Positions 18,359 through 27,146 of a stretch of DNA of 55,221 bases are shown here, piece by piece. Each line of letters begins with the position of its first letter. Position 1 is the first letter of the stretch. The stretch spans positions 1 to 55,221 of the forward strand of contig DATDTY010000043.1 in assembly GCA_035290625.1 (NCBI GenBank), in the 5' to 3' direction. The translations under genes were made by a program, and so were the position numbers. The notes under the pieces were generated by a model that saw nothing but the letters and a program-made list of their open reading frames with translations, was not told the origin of the DNA and ran no database searches. The DNA comes from Candidatus Nanoarchaeia archaeon. GTDB taxonomy: Archaea > Nanobdellota > Nanobdellia > Woesearchaeales > DATDTY01.

Positions 18359-19557
18359 AGCTTGAGCGCGACCTTCTTCCCAAGAAGCGATCTCACCATC
18401 TCCTCAATCTCCTCTTTATGCCTGAGAAGGTCTATGCGCTTGAGCTCATGTTCAAGCCTGGCAATCTCAGCTTGGGAACCGGCTGTCTGCTGCTCCTGAT
18501 CATGAAGGGCTTTCTGAAGTTGCCTGCGAGCTGCCTCGAATGTGCTTCTGTTGAGCCTGGATGCTGTTGCATCATGCAGCTCACGTGCCTGCTGCAGCAT
18601 ATCCTGATAATGCCTGAGGCGCCCTCTGCTGGTTGCATCTATAGCTTGGGATGCCTTTTCAATTTTCTTTTGGAGCTGGAGTGAGGGGAGCATTATCTTG
18701 AGGCTGGAGAGCGCTCCAAGGATTTCCAGCTTTTGGTCATTCATGAGCGCTTCAACGGGGTCCATGATGTACGCTGAAATCATATCTGGGTGTTCTGCAA
18801 GCCTTGAATACTTCCGAAGGGGCTTGTCGAGCGGAAGGAATAGATCGCGTATTTCTGCCTGGCCGCTTTTTACTGCAGCATCAGCCTCATGGAGCTGATC
18901 CTGCAAGGCTGCGTATTCTTTGCGGGCATCGCTCGAGTCAAGATCTTTTAACTGCTGATGCAATTTCAGGCTCTGAGCCCGCTGCTGTTCAAGGGAAGCA
19001 TTCTCTCTCTGGATAGCTAATGTAATCTCCTTTTTTCTTTGCAGAGCATTGAGAAGCTGGCTGGTATGCTTCATGATTTGCTGAGCAAGCTGCTGCGGGC
19101 TTTTGCTTGAGATCTCACCAGACTCTTTTACAAGAAGACTGATATCATGAAGCTTTTCAGTTATGGCCCGGGTTTCATGGCTGAAGAATTCCTGGAGGAT
19201 ATGGTAGGATCGTTGCGTTGCCTTTCCGAATTGGTCAAGGCTTTCATCGCTCGGGCTTGATTCAAGCTGGCTAATAAGCTGAAGGGCTGCGCGGACGTAC
19301 TGCTGCCGGTTTCCTGCCATGAACTGCTTTTCCTTTGGCGATACGGAGGGGTTGCTGAGCTGGGCATCTCTCAGCTCAGTTACAAGCTGCTTTACTTCTC
19401 TGCATGCGAATCGGATTTCCCTGGCTTTTTTGGCAAGCTTGGCATCTGATTCTCTCTGAAGCGAAGCTACCTGTGCTTGAAGCCAGGCATCGAGGCCATC
19501 AAGGGCAATATCAGGGCTGGCTTCCGGCTTCTTCCTGAAGATATCAAAGAGCCCCAT
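18349..19557 (-). CDS. long coiled-coil protein, N-terminus MGLFDIF (PspA/ESCRT-III-like start)
   Basis: About 400 aa, Q/E/L/K-rich heptad-like sequence. Internal ATG chosen to give a 14-nt overlap with the upstream gene. The stop TAG lies inside element copy 2. Confidence 0.5.
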   Translation of the reverse strand: MGLFDIFRKKPEASPDIALDGLDAWLQAQVASLQRESDAKLAKKAREIRFACREVKQLVTELRDAQLSNPSVSPKEKQFMAGNRQQYVRAALQLISQLESSPSDESLDQFGKATQRSYHILQEFFSHETRAITEKLHDISLLVKESGEISSKSPQQLAQQIMKHTSQLLNALQRKKEITLAIQRENASLEQQRAQSLKLHQQLKDLDSSDARKEYAALQDQLHEADAAVKSGQAEIRDLFLPLDKPLRKYSRLAEHPDMISAYIMDPVEALMNDQKLEILGALSSLKIMLPSLQLQKKIEKASQAIDATSRGRLRHYQDMLQQARELHDATASRLNRSTFEAARRQLQKALHDQEQQTAGSQAEIARLEHELKRIDLLRHKEEIEEMVRSLLGKKVALKLAQ

Positions 19558-21076
19558 GGACCTTCCCAACGACACTGCGAAGCATGTGATCTGTGATGCT
19601 AATGTCATAAAAAGACCCGAGCTGCAAGCGCTGCGGCACCCCCACTACCAGAGGATAGGTTCCGATCTGGCGGCCAAACGTCGTGTTGCCGTCATAGACT
19701 TCCATCCTGACCTTCCTGAGCACGGTTCCTTTTGGAACCACCTGATTTAGCATAGGGGCGTCCACCTCATTCCTGATCTGGTTTCTCCATTTCCAGTAAT
19801 GCTTCTTGTTTTTTCTCAGCGACTTTCTTGCATCGGGGTCTTGGTACAACGGAGTCCCTTCAAAGAGGGCAACCTGGCGGATGTTCAGCCTGCGGAACAT
19901 TAAGTTCTCTGCAAGGATCTGCTTCAGAAATTTCATGTTTTCCTCGTGGGTTGATTTTGTCTCGCCTTTCAGGCCGAACAGAAGATTGATTCCAGGGAGA
20001 TAGGTTGGAAGGCCCGAGGGACCGCGATGCGCCCCCCATTTGTTTATGATGCGAACGGCTTTCAGGATCGCTTCGGGCGGCACGATCAGGTTATTCTCCT
20101 TAATGACGGTCTTGTCGAAGGATTCAACACCAAAGGCAGCGATGTTGCCAGATGTGCAGTAGGTTGCGACTGCTTTTGTAATCTCCTCGCCACGCCTGCT
20201 GAGCACATGCAGCGGGTCTACATTGTCAATGTGCAGGACTTCAAGATTTGGGCATTCCTTCCGAATCGTCCTGAGGATTTCGATAATGCCGGGATGCGAA
20301 TACAGGCTGCTTTGCTTTCCAAGCCGGAAGTACCGGACACCGTTTCTGTAAAGCTCTTTTGCCTCATTGATAATGGATTCCTTGCCTCTGTGCTCATACC
20401 TGTTTTTTATCGGCTCGGTGCAGAACGCACACCCCTTCCAGCGGGTGCACCCCCTGCTGGTTTCAAGCTCAACAATACGGAGGTCGGGGATATGATGGAC
20501 GATTGAAGCCCCTTTTATGAAAAGCTCGTCCAGCTCGGAATAAGGGAACGTGAAGTGCTTAAGCCTGAAGCCTTCAAGAGGCATGGCTTCAAAGGATTTT
20601 CCTCCTTCAAGCCTAGTTCCATAAACAGCGGGACCTGTCAGAATCTTTTCTGCATCAAAAAGCCTTGAGAGGGTGTTGATTTCAAACAGGGTTCCTGGGA
20701 GGGCGCTCAGGTAGGTTCCTGGAGTATGAACTCCGCCCACAACAATAAGCTCGTCGGTTTTTTGGATGATGCCCTGGATTTCGTTTGGCTGCTTCGTGAG
20801 GTTCTTGATTCTGATATCGGTTTTGAGCTCCTTGTTTTTGGACTGGAGGTCCAGCCGGTTGAGCTTTCTGTTATGCTTTCGGATGTCGGTATCTGGCAAA
20901 GCGACGTTCTGGAGCATTGCGTGGTATCTCAGGTCGTCTATCGTGAGGTATTCTGCCTTGCCGTCGAGGTAGCCATAGAGATACCGTGGATATGTCCCCA
21001 GATACGGAGGCACGCCTAAGCCGGAAGGCTCGTCTGTGTAGCAGTCAAGGATTGTGGTGACCATACAGGCAGTCAA
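19544..21076 (-). CDS. radical SAM-like protein with N-terminal Rossmann/B12-like domain
   Basis: ETSRGCTRWKGCAFCTE Cys cluster (C-x5-C-x2-C spacing, not the canonical C-x3-C-x2-C), followed by a TIM-barrel-sized region. Confidence 0.55.
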   Translation of the reverse strand: MTACMVTTILDCYTDEPSGLGVPPYLGTYPRYLYGYLDGKAEYLTIDDLRYHAMLQNVALPDTDIRKHNRKLNRLDLQSKNKELKTDIRIKNLTKQPNEIQGIIQKTDELIVVGGVHTPGTYLSALPGTLFEINTLSRLFDAEKILTGPAVYGTRLEGGKSFEAMPLEGFRLKHFTFPYSELDELFIKGASIVHHIPDLRIVELETSRGCTRWKGCAFCTEPIKNRYEHRGKESIINEAKELYRNGVRYFRLGKQSSLYSHPGIIEILRTIRKECPNLEVLHIDNVDPLHVLSRRGEEITKAVATYCTSGNIAAFGVESFDKTVIKENNLIVPPEAILKAVRIINKWGAHRGPSGLPTYLPGINLLFGLKGETKSTHEENMKFLKQILAENLMFRRLNIRQVALFEGTPLYQDPDARKSLRKNKKHYWKWRNQIRNEVDAPMLNQVVPKGTVLRKVRMEVYDGNTTFGRQIGTYPLVVGVPQRLQLGSFYDISITDHMLRSVVGKVHGAL

Positions 21077-21124
21077 TTGCCGGGCGTTTAAAAGAGTTGT
21101 GGGGGGGCTCAGGGGAACACCATT

Positions 21125-21565
21125 TTAGAAGAACCCGAGCAGGGCAGCTATGCAGAAAAATGAGAGTGAAGGGGTGAGCCATGCCTTTATGGATCTGCCT
21201 GCAAGGCTTCCTGCGATGATGCCTGCCAAGAAGATAAGGCTTGCGGCAGCAAGGAATAAAGGAGTTTTTGAAGCAGCGTAGAAGAGCGCGCCAAAGAGCG
21301 GAAAGGCCATCCTCATATAGAGGCTTTCTGCAATGGGGATAAAAGAAGTTGCGAGAGACGCTGCGGCCAGCATTATGCCTGATGGAAAAGAGTTAGTCGC
21401 AGCATAGATGGCAAGGCCGAAAATCAGTGATGTAATGAGCCTGAGGAAGAGGAAAAGATGGCGCCTTCCTGACTCAATTTCCTCTTTTGTGTAGAGGGAG
21501 ATAATTGAGCCGAGAGAGATGCTGAGAGAGACTGCCACAAGCGAAATAGGGTATACAATGTTCAT
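21125..21565 (-). CDS. polytopic membrane protein (hypothetical)
   Basis: 146 aa, almost entirely hydrophobic segments. Confidence 0.45.
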   Translation of the reverse strand: MNIVYPISLVAVSLSISLGSIISLYTKEEIESGRRHLFLFLRLITSLIFGLAIYAATNSFPSGIMLAAASLATSFIPIAESLYMRMAFPLFGALFYAASKTPLFLAAASLIFLAGIIAGSLAGRSIKAWLTPSLSFFCIAALLGFF

Positions 21566-21630
21566 TCTCTGAATAGGGAGTGAGTTATTATATAAGTATT
21601 ACGATAGACAATGTTGATTAAATAAACAGA

Positions 21631-21963
21631 TTATTGCAGAAGGATTGACTCGATGCCTTGTCCTGAATCGTAATCTTGGAACTGCTGGCTATAGGATGGC
21701 TGCTCTGATTTCTCGTATTGCTCAGCCTGGTACAGGAAAATTGAGCCTGCCATGAAGCTCAGGGCAATAACATAGGCCGCAAACGAACTTATGAATGGGT
21801 GTTCTTGGAATGCCTTCTTTATTGGGGCTGCAATGTTGTACTGGAGTTCATCCTTAATACTGTATCCTATCCTTGCCAGCAGAGAAGGTGCCTCTCCTCG
21901 CGGACCCTCCGGATTTTCTTGCCGGGGTTCTGCAGGCCTTGGGTCAAGTCCGATAATGCTCAT
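21631..21963 (-). CDS. hypothetical protein with one TM segment
   Basis: 110-aa ORF with a central hydrophobic helix. Confidence 0.35.
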   Translation of the reverse strand: MSIIGLDPRPAEPRQENPEGPRGEAPSLLARIGYSIKDELQYNIAAPIKKAFQEHPFISSFAAYVIALSFMAGSIFLYQAEQYEKSEQPSYSQQFQDYDSGQGIESILLQ

Positions 21964-21994
21964 TGTGAGAGAATATTTGTGTCAGGTATTTAAG

Positions 21995-22153
21995 CTATTC
22001 TTCGGTCGTGTTGAAAAGGTCGTCCATCTCTTTCCTGCTGAGCTTTGTTTTATTGAGGGCGCTCATCACTGGCTTTTTGGATCTTGCTCCGGTAATCTCA
22101 TCCAAAAGATATTCTTCCTCTTCTTGAGGTAACTTGAAGTCTTCATAGCTCAT
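21995..22153 (-). CDS. small acidic hypothetical protein
   Basis: 52-aa ORF from an internal ATG (MSYEDFKL...). Weak support. Confidence 0.25.
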   Translation of the reverse strand: MSYEDFKLPQEEEEYLLDEITGARSKKPVMSALNKTKLSRKEMDDLFNTTEE

Positions 22154-22363
22154 TGTTGGATAATAAAGAAACCTATGGGCTTGTGAGGGGGAAGACAGAA
22201 GTCTTCGACCCATAGGCCTTTATTATTACTATTGAGTAGAAATAGGTTATATATAAACTTTTCGGTTATATACCACTAAAGAGTAGGTATACGATAGGAT
22301 GCTGAGTTTATTGTTACTGAGTTACTGTAATGGCTCTTGGCGGAGATAGCGGCGATTTTGCGC

Positions 22364-22711
22364 TTATCGCCTGGGTTTGTATGGATAACGGCGTATATGC
22401 CTGCATTCCCTGCAGAAGTAGACGACATGGCCTTTCCTTGTGCGGATTGATACATTGGAGCCCGGCATAAGAAAGGAGATGCAGTTGCGGCAATACTGGC
22501 GGTTGTAAGGGGCAGGAATCTTAAACTTATGCTTCATTGCCAAGCGCCTTGCTTTCTTCACAAGACGATGGGATACTGAAGGGTTTTGATGGAATGCTTC
22601 CCTGGCTTTCTGGAAGCATCCAATAAGCTGCTCTTTTGCCTGCCTCTTTGAGGCTGCTTTTTTTCTGTGGAACTTGAGAGTGTTCATCCTTTGGGGCATA
22701 TACGGCTGCAT
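22364..22711 (-). CDS. rnp4: RNase P protein component 4 (Rpp21/Rpr2 family)
   Basis: Basic N-terminal helices, then the zinc ribbon CRNCISFLMPG...YFCRECRHIRRYPY. Confidence 0.8.
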   Translation of the reverse strand: MQPYMPQRMNTLKFHRKKAASKRQAKEQLIGCFQKAREAFHQNPSVSHRLVKKARRLAMKHKFKIPAPYNRQYCRNCISFLMPGSNVSIRTRKGHVVYFCRECRHIRRYPYKPRR

Positions 22712-22734
22712 TATTTAATGTTTGCTGAAGATGC

Positions 22735-23211
22735 TTAGAAGTGGTTGTTGGAGGATTTGATTTTAGGCGTAAATATCTGTGGATCTTTTTCTGGCTGCTT
22801 GCTTTGCAGATGCTGCTCTGCTGCTAAGACTCCGGTAAGGTATGCTGAGACCATGCCAACATTATCCAATCCTTTGTTGTATGCCCAATATACAAAACCA
22901 TCGGGATCGGCTATTGCATAGAGCAGGGCTGCAGCCGGGATTCCAAACTCACATGCCCTCTCGAAGATGGGAAGCGCGTTTTTGTCGAATCCGGGAATGA
23001 TTCTATCTACAATATTTTTAGAAGCCAATTGGAGCGCCCAGGTTAAACCATACCCTCCTAAACCTGCATAGAGCATGACTTCTATCGGAATATTTTGGAG
23101 TTGTTCTGGAACAAATTGGTGAATGCTGTCGAACAGTGTTTGGGTTAGCCTATAGATGCCTTGATCCGGCACAAGCTCGTTTAGCTTTTCTGCGAGAGTT
23201 TCCATAGACAT
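22735..23211 (-). CDS. hypothetical membrane-associated protein
   Basis: 158-aa ORF with two hydrophobic segments. No motif recognised. Confidence 0.4.
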   Translation of the reverse strand: MSMETLAEKLNELVPDQGIYRLTQTLFDSIHQFVPEQLQNIPIEVMLYAGLGGYGLTWALQLASKNIVDRIIPGFDKNALPIFERACEFGIPAAALLYAIADPDGFVYWAYNKGLDNVGMVSAYLTGVLAAEQHLQSKQPEKDPQIFTPKIKSSNNHF

Positions 23212-23435
23212 TGGGGTGGAGTTTGCCGTTTATAAACCTTCCTATTTTAATTACTTGTGAGTAAGTACTTTTCTCTTGGCTTTCCATTTACTTTTCCATT
23301 AAGTATCTTATTTGAGGGTTGGCAGAGAACAAGTACGGCATAGGCAACCAACATGATGAAGAGGTAATCCTCAAGAGGGCAATTAGAAAGAAAGCATGAG
23401 TTCAATAATGAGATAGTCCCTAAATCTGCATATAC

Positions 23436-23633
23436 GGCACAGTAGAAAGTCTCGCTGTGGCTTGCGAGTGATCTCCTTCTCACTCGCTCACAAGCCACCG
23501 GTTGCCACTAGGTTCGACTCGAAATGGTTACCTGTAAACCGACATATCCCCGATGGGGCATCCCCCTTGTCGGTGCTCATCAGATGAGCTAAAAGTCTCA
23601 CAAAGGGTGGCAACGACGACTTTCTACCGTGCC
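23436..23633 (+). mobile_element. structured MITE-like element, copy 3 (198 bp)
   Basis: TIR GGCACAGTAGAAAGTC / GACTTTCTACCGTGCC. Extra hairpin at 23457-23498. Direct repeat TGCATATAC (23427-23435) / TGCTTATAC (23637-23645), the latter displaced by 3 nt. Confidence 0.75.
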
Positions 23634-23652
23634 ACCTGCTTATACAAATACT

Positions 23653-23660
23653 TTTATATA
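23653..23660 (+). promoter_or_regulatory. TATA box TTTATATA for the M64-like peptidase gene
   Basis: 23 nt upstream of ATG 23684. Confidence 0.5.
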
Positions 23661-23683
23661 AGGATTTTCTTCTAGAGAAAGGT

Positions 23684-24796
23684 ATGCGAGCCCAGGCGTC
23701 TATTCCTACGGTGTTTATTTTCGTGATTGTTGTTTTGGTAGGGGCATTGCTGCTGTGGGTTGGATTAAGCAGGAGCAAGGAATTGCAGGCAGAGAAAGAC
23801 AAGGTGCAAATCAATGATTTCGTGAACAGCATGAATAATCTCATCAGGATGTATGATATCAAGGCTCCGGGAAGCTTTCAAAAGCAGGTCTTCTCGGTTC
23901 CTGGGGAGTATGTATGCTTCTATGACAAGGAGAAAGAGATTAATCAACCTGAGTTAGGGGTATGGACCGAGAGATTTTCTGACGCCAATGTGTTTATGGC
24001 TCCTTTTGATACCTATGTTCCTAGACATGCTGAGCAGTTTAGCCTGAACAGCAGTAATAACCCGAGCTGTACGGCTTCCCAGAATGGGAAGATATCCCTC
24101 ATGTTTGTGAGCTTGGGGAATAGAACCTTAGTTGTTCCTGAGAGTGCTGCAGAGATCAGCGATTGTGTCACTCTCTCTTATTCTGGAAGCCCTGATACGA
24201 AAATAGATATGGTGTTTGTTGGAGGGTATGAGGGGTTTGAGAAGGATGTTGGGGAGTACATTGAGGAGTTGCGGGCTATAGCTCCTTTCCGAGAGAACAA
24301 TCGGCTCAATTTTTACAGGATTGATAGGCCTTTTTCGTGCAAGATAGTGGAGATCATAGAGTGCGATGAGTATGAGCTGAAAAAGCTTGCGAGCGAATGC
24401 CCTCATGACGGGATTGTTGTTTTGGCAGAACGATCAAAGATAGCAGAGTTTATCAATCCTGTCCGGTCAAGCTCGATAGGGGGCATCATAAAAGTAAATA
24501 CAGCAGATAATCCTCGGGTGTTTAGCCATGAGTTCGGGCATTTCTTCGGGAATCTGGCAGATGAATATGTGGATGAGGGTTATTATGCAGGGTTTGAGGC
24601 TGATCAATTTCCGAATTGCGATGTCATGCCCTGCGAGAAGTGGAGCCATGTGAGCTCAGGCTGCATTAGAGGGTGCTCTTTGCAGAAGTATTTCAGGTCA
24701 AGCAGTGTTTCACTCATGCGGGATTATATAACGTCGGATTCATTTGGTGTTGTTAATGAAGAGATTTTAAAAGAGAAGCTGAGGAACTACAGGTAG
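23684..24796 (+). CDS. secreted/anchored zinc metallopeptidase, M64 (IgA-peptidase)-like
   Basis: N-terminal TM/signal. HEFGHFFGNLADEY matches the M64 HExxH...L-x-DEY signature. Confidence 0.6.
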   Translation: MRAQASIPTVFIFVIVVLVGALLLWVGLSRSKELQAEKDKVQINDFVNSMNNLIRMYDIKAPGSFQKQVFSVPGEYVCFYDKEKEINQPELGVWTERFSDANVFMAPFDTYVPRHAEQFSLNSSNNPSCTASQNGKISLMFVSLGNRTLVVPESAAEISDCVTLSYSGSPDTKIDMVFVGGYEGFEKDVGEYIEELRAIAPFRENNRLNFYRIDRPFSCKIVEIIECDEYELKKLASECPHDGIVVLAERSKIAEFINPVRSSSIGGIIKVNTADNPRVFSHEFGHFFGNLADEYVDEGYYAGFEADQFPNCDVMPCEKWSHVSSGCIRGCSLQKYFRSSSVSLMRDYITSDSFGVVNEEILKEKLRNYR

Positions 24797-25297
24797 ATGG
24801 CATTGAAAAAAACCATCATGCTCTTGATGATGATTATGGTCATGCAGACAGCGGCAGCTGAGGTGTTCGTGTTCAAGATCCATTATAAGGATGGAGGGGC
24901 TGAGGTTGTTGACCGGCTTGTCAAGGATGGCTTTGCTCCTGACAGGAATATTGATGAAGGGGATGCGAGCTTTGAGATGTTTGACACGAATGGGAATATC
25001 CTTGAGGGCTTTCGGTTTGCGCTGCCATTACGGGAGTTTGTTGATTTCTCTGAGGAGGGGATTGTTAAGGGGGGTGTGATTGTGTATACTGAAAGGGATT
25101 TCGGGATTGTTGTTCCGTATCATGCTGATGCTGGAGGAATCAGGATAACCCATAGCTCTGAGATTATTCTGTATGAGGATATGAGGGAGAAATTCGGGAT
25201 GAGAGGCATGGGTTTGGGAATCTTCCTGGGGATTGCATTTGGGTTGATTGCGGGAGCTATTGGAGTTTTCCTTATCAAACGTATGCGGAAAAATTAA
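24797..25297 (+). CDS. secreted protein with C-terminal TM anchor (hypothetical)
   Basis: Signal peptide, C-terminal hydrophobic helix plus KRMRKN. ATG directly follows the upstream stop. Confidence 0.5.
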   Translation: MALKKTIMLLMMIMVMQTAAAEVFVFKIHYKDGGAEVVDRLVKDGFAPDRNIDEGDASFEMFDTNGNILEGFRFALPLREFVDFSEEGIVKGGVIVYTERDFGIVVPYHADAGGIRITHSSEIILYEDMREKFGMRGMGLGIFLGIAFGLIAGAIGVFLIKRMRKN

Positions 25298-25318
25298 GTT
25301 GGTGCAAACCTTGACCGG

Positions 25319-26215
25319 TCATGCGCCGTGGTTGGCCAGACGGTTTGAGATGCAATCCGTGATAAATCCGGTGTTCTCATCGCAAAACCTCCAGATACGG
25401 ATATAATCCTGGACCAATCCTTCAAGGGTCCCAGAGATGCCAGGATATGCTGCCGACAGTGCTTTTAATGTGGTTACCCGATCTTCAAACTTAGGTCTTT
25501 GAAAATCCCAAGAATGCTGAATCACAAGAAGACCTAGACCTAACGAGTTTACGTAATTAGCGAATTCGCAATAGTTCCTAGGCTTGCACTGTTCTACAAG
25601 GCTTGCTACTTTCTTTGTCGTTGGAAATTGTTTTCCTTCAGCCTCATAACCGCGCACAGAGCACGGCCAATAATGGATAAATTGTCTCTCCGTGATATCC
25701 GTATCGCATGATACTGCCAATTCAGGTTTGCCATTCTCTTTGCATCTCACATTTTCAACCATTTGCCTATCAACGCTTTTTATCCCGTAGAGATGAAGTC
25801 CATGCCCGGTATGGATGAGATTATCACTGTTCGTGAAATAGCATCTTAAAGATTTAGCCAGATATCCCAGATAGACGCACTCAGCCTCTGGCAAACCCAT
25901 CACGTTGAGGTCATTTTTCTCGCGCGAAGTTGAATAGAAACCGTCGATGTCTCTGGGGCCTAAAACGAATGTACTGATTGCATCGACATCTCCTTTAGCA
26001 TTGGTGAACACCAGCTCAGCGAAGGAGGGCTTATGAGGATCATAGTTATCCTTCTCCTCCTTCAGCATTATTGTCCTTTCACCAACCTGTTCAGTATGGC
26101 CCCCAGAGAAGCAAAAGAGCGGCAAGATCCTGAACGAATCCTTGTACTGGCCCTGCCCTCCATCGACTGCTTCCAGCCTAATGCATGGGTATTCAATTCC
26201 AATGTCGAGTTTCAT
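25319..26215 (-). CDS. hypothetical protein
   Basis: Long ORF. Internal ATG (MKLDIGIEY) preferred because GGAGGA lies 8 nt upstream. Confidence 0.5.
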   Translation of the reverse strand: MKLDIGIEYPCIRLEAVDGGQGQYKDSFRILPLFCFSGGHTEQVGERTIMLKEEKDNYDPHKPSFAELVFTNAKGDVDAISTFVLGPRDIDGFYSTSREKNDLNVMGLPEAECVYLGYLAKSLRCYFTNSDNLIHTGHGLHLYGIKSVDRQMVENVRCKENGKPELAVSCDTDITERQFIHYWPCSVRGYEAEGKQFPTTKKVASLVEQCKPRNYCEFANYVNSLGLGLLVIQHSWDFQRPKFEDRVTTLKALSAAYPGISGTLEGLVQDYIRIWRFCDENTGFITDCISNRLANHGA

Positions 26216-26286
26216 CTTACGTTCCTCCAAGATGTAAATGATTACTTTGTAGTAATGATAATAAGCATTTAAATTAATAGTTATGC

Positions 26287-26302
26287 TGTGGAAAATTCCA
26301 CA
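26287..26302. promoter_or_regulatory. palindrome TGTGGAAaaTTCCACA in the divergent region next to the TrmB-family gene; candidate operator
   Basis: Perfect 7+7 inverted repeat, 33 nt upstream of ATG 26335. Confidence 0.4.
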
Positions 26303-26334
26303 ACATTTATTAATCACGGGCACTTCTCAGGAGC

Positions 26335-27081
26335 ATGGACATCATGGAACTCAGCAAAATCGGCCTAAAGGAGAAAGAAGCCAAAGTCTATGTAGCCCTG
26401 CTCAAGGAAGGCTCTTGCCTTGCAAACCAGCTCGCCAGGAAAACAAACGTACTGCGCTCCTCCATCTATGACTATCTGGAGATCCTGCTCGAGAAGGGCT
26501 TTATAACCTACACCATACAATCCGGAAAGAAGTACTTCCAAGCTATCGGCCCGCAGAAGATACTTGACAACTTCGAAGAGAAAAAGCTTGCCGAGGAAGA
26601 GGCGCTCCGGAAAATCGTCCCTGAGCTCATAAAACTCCAGAATATCTCCGAAAAGATATCCAAGGCGGAAGTCTTTGAGGGTAAAGAAGGGATGAAATCC
26701 GTAATGTCCTATATCTTGAAAAGAGATCCCAAAGAGATACTTATCTACGGCTCATCGGGCGTAAGCTACAAGCTGCTGCCTTTTTTCATGGAGCATTGGC
26801 ACAAGCAGAGGATTAAGCAAAGGATATACCTCAGGATTATCTATAACAACACCCCCGGAGCCAAGCTAAGGATCAGGGAAGGGCCTACACTAAAAAACGC
26901 AGAAGTCAGATTTCTTTCCTTAAAAGATGCTTCGCTGACAGGAACAATAATCTATAACGATGTTGTGGTTTTAACAGTATGGGACATGGAAAACCCTTTT
27001 GCAGTATCTGTCGAAAACAAAAAAATCGCACAAACTTACAAGGAAAACTTTGAAATCCTCTGGAAATATTCAAAGAAATGA
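26335..27081 (+). CDS. TrmB-family transcriptional regulator
   Basis: LSKIGLKEKEAKVYVALLKEGSCLANQLARKTNVLRSSIYDYLEILLEKGFI is a typical TrmB wHTH, followed by a C-terminal effector-sized domain. Confidence 0.8.
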   Translation: MDIMELSKIGLKEKEAKVYVALLKEGSCLANQLARKTNVLRSSIYDYLEILLEKGFITYTIQSGKKYFQAIGPQKILDNFEEKKLAEEEALRKIVPELIKLQNISEKISKAEVFEGKEGMKSVMSYILKRDPKEILIYGSSGVSYKLLPFFMEHWHKQRIKQRIYLRIIYNNTPGAKLRIREGPTLKNAEVRFLSLKDASLTGTIIYNDVVVLTVWDMENPFAVSVENKKIAQTYKENFEILWKYSKK

Positions 27082-27146
27082 GTAGAAGCACCTGAATTGC
27101 TTGCGGCGTTGCTGCTGCAATCGTTTTTGTTCTTAGAAAAAGAAGG

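Noticed and set aside
23576-23583. CUGAUGAG on the minus strand of copy 3, considered as a hammerhead ribozyme core.
   Set aside because: No GAAA/CGAAAC partner follows the putative stem II, and the motif is absent from the other seven copies. It is part of a local GCTCAT-CAG-ATGAGC hairpin.
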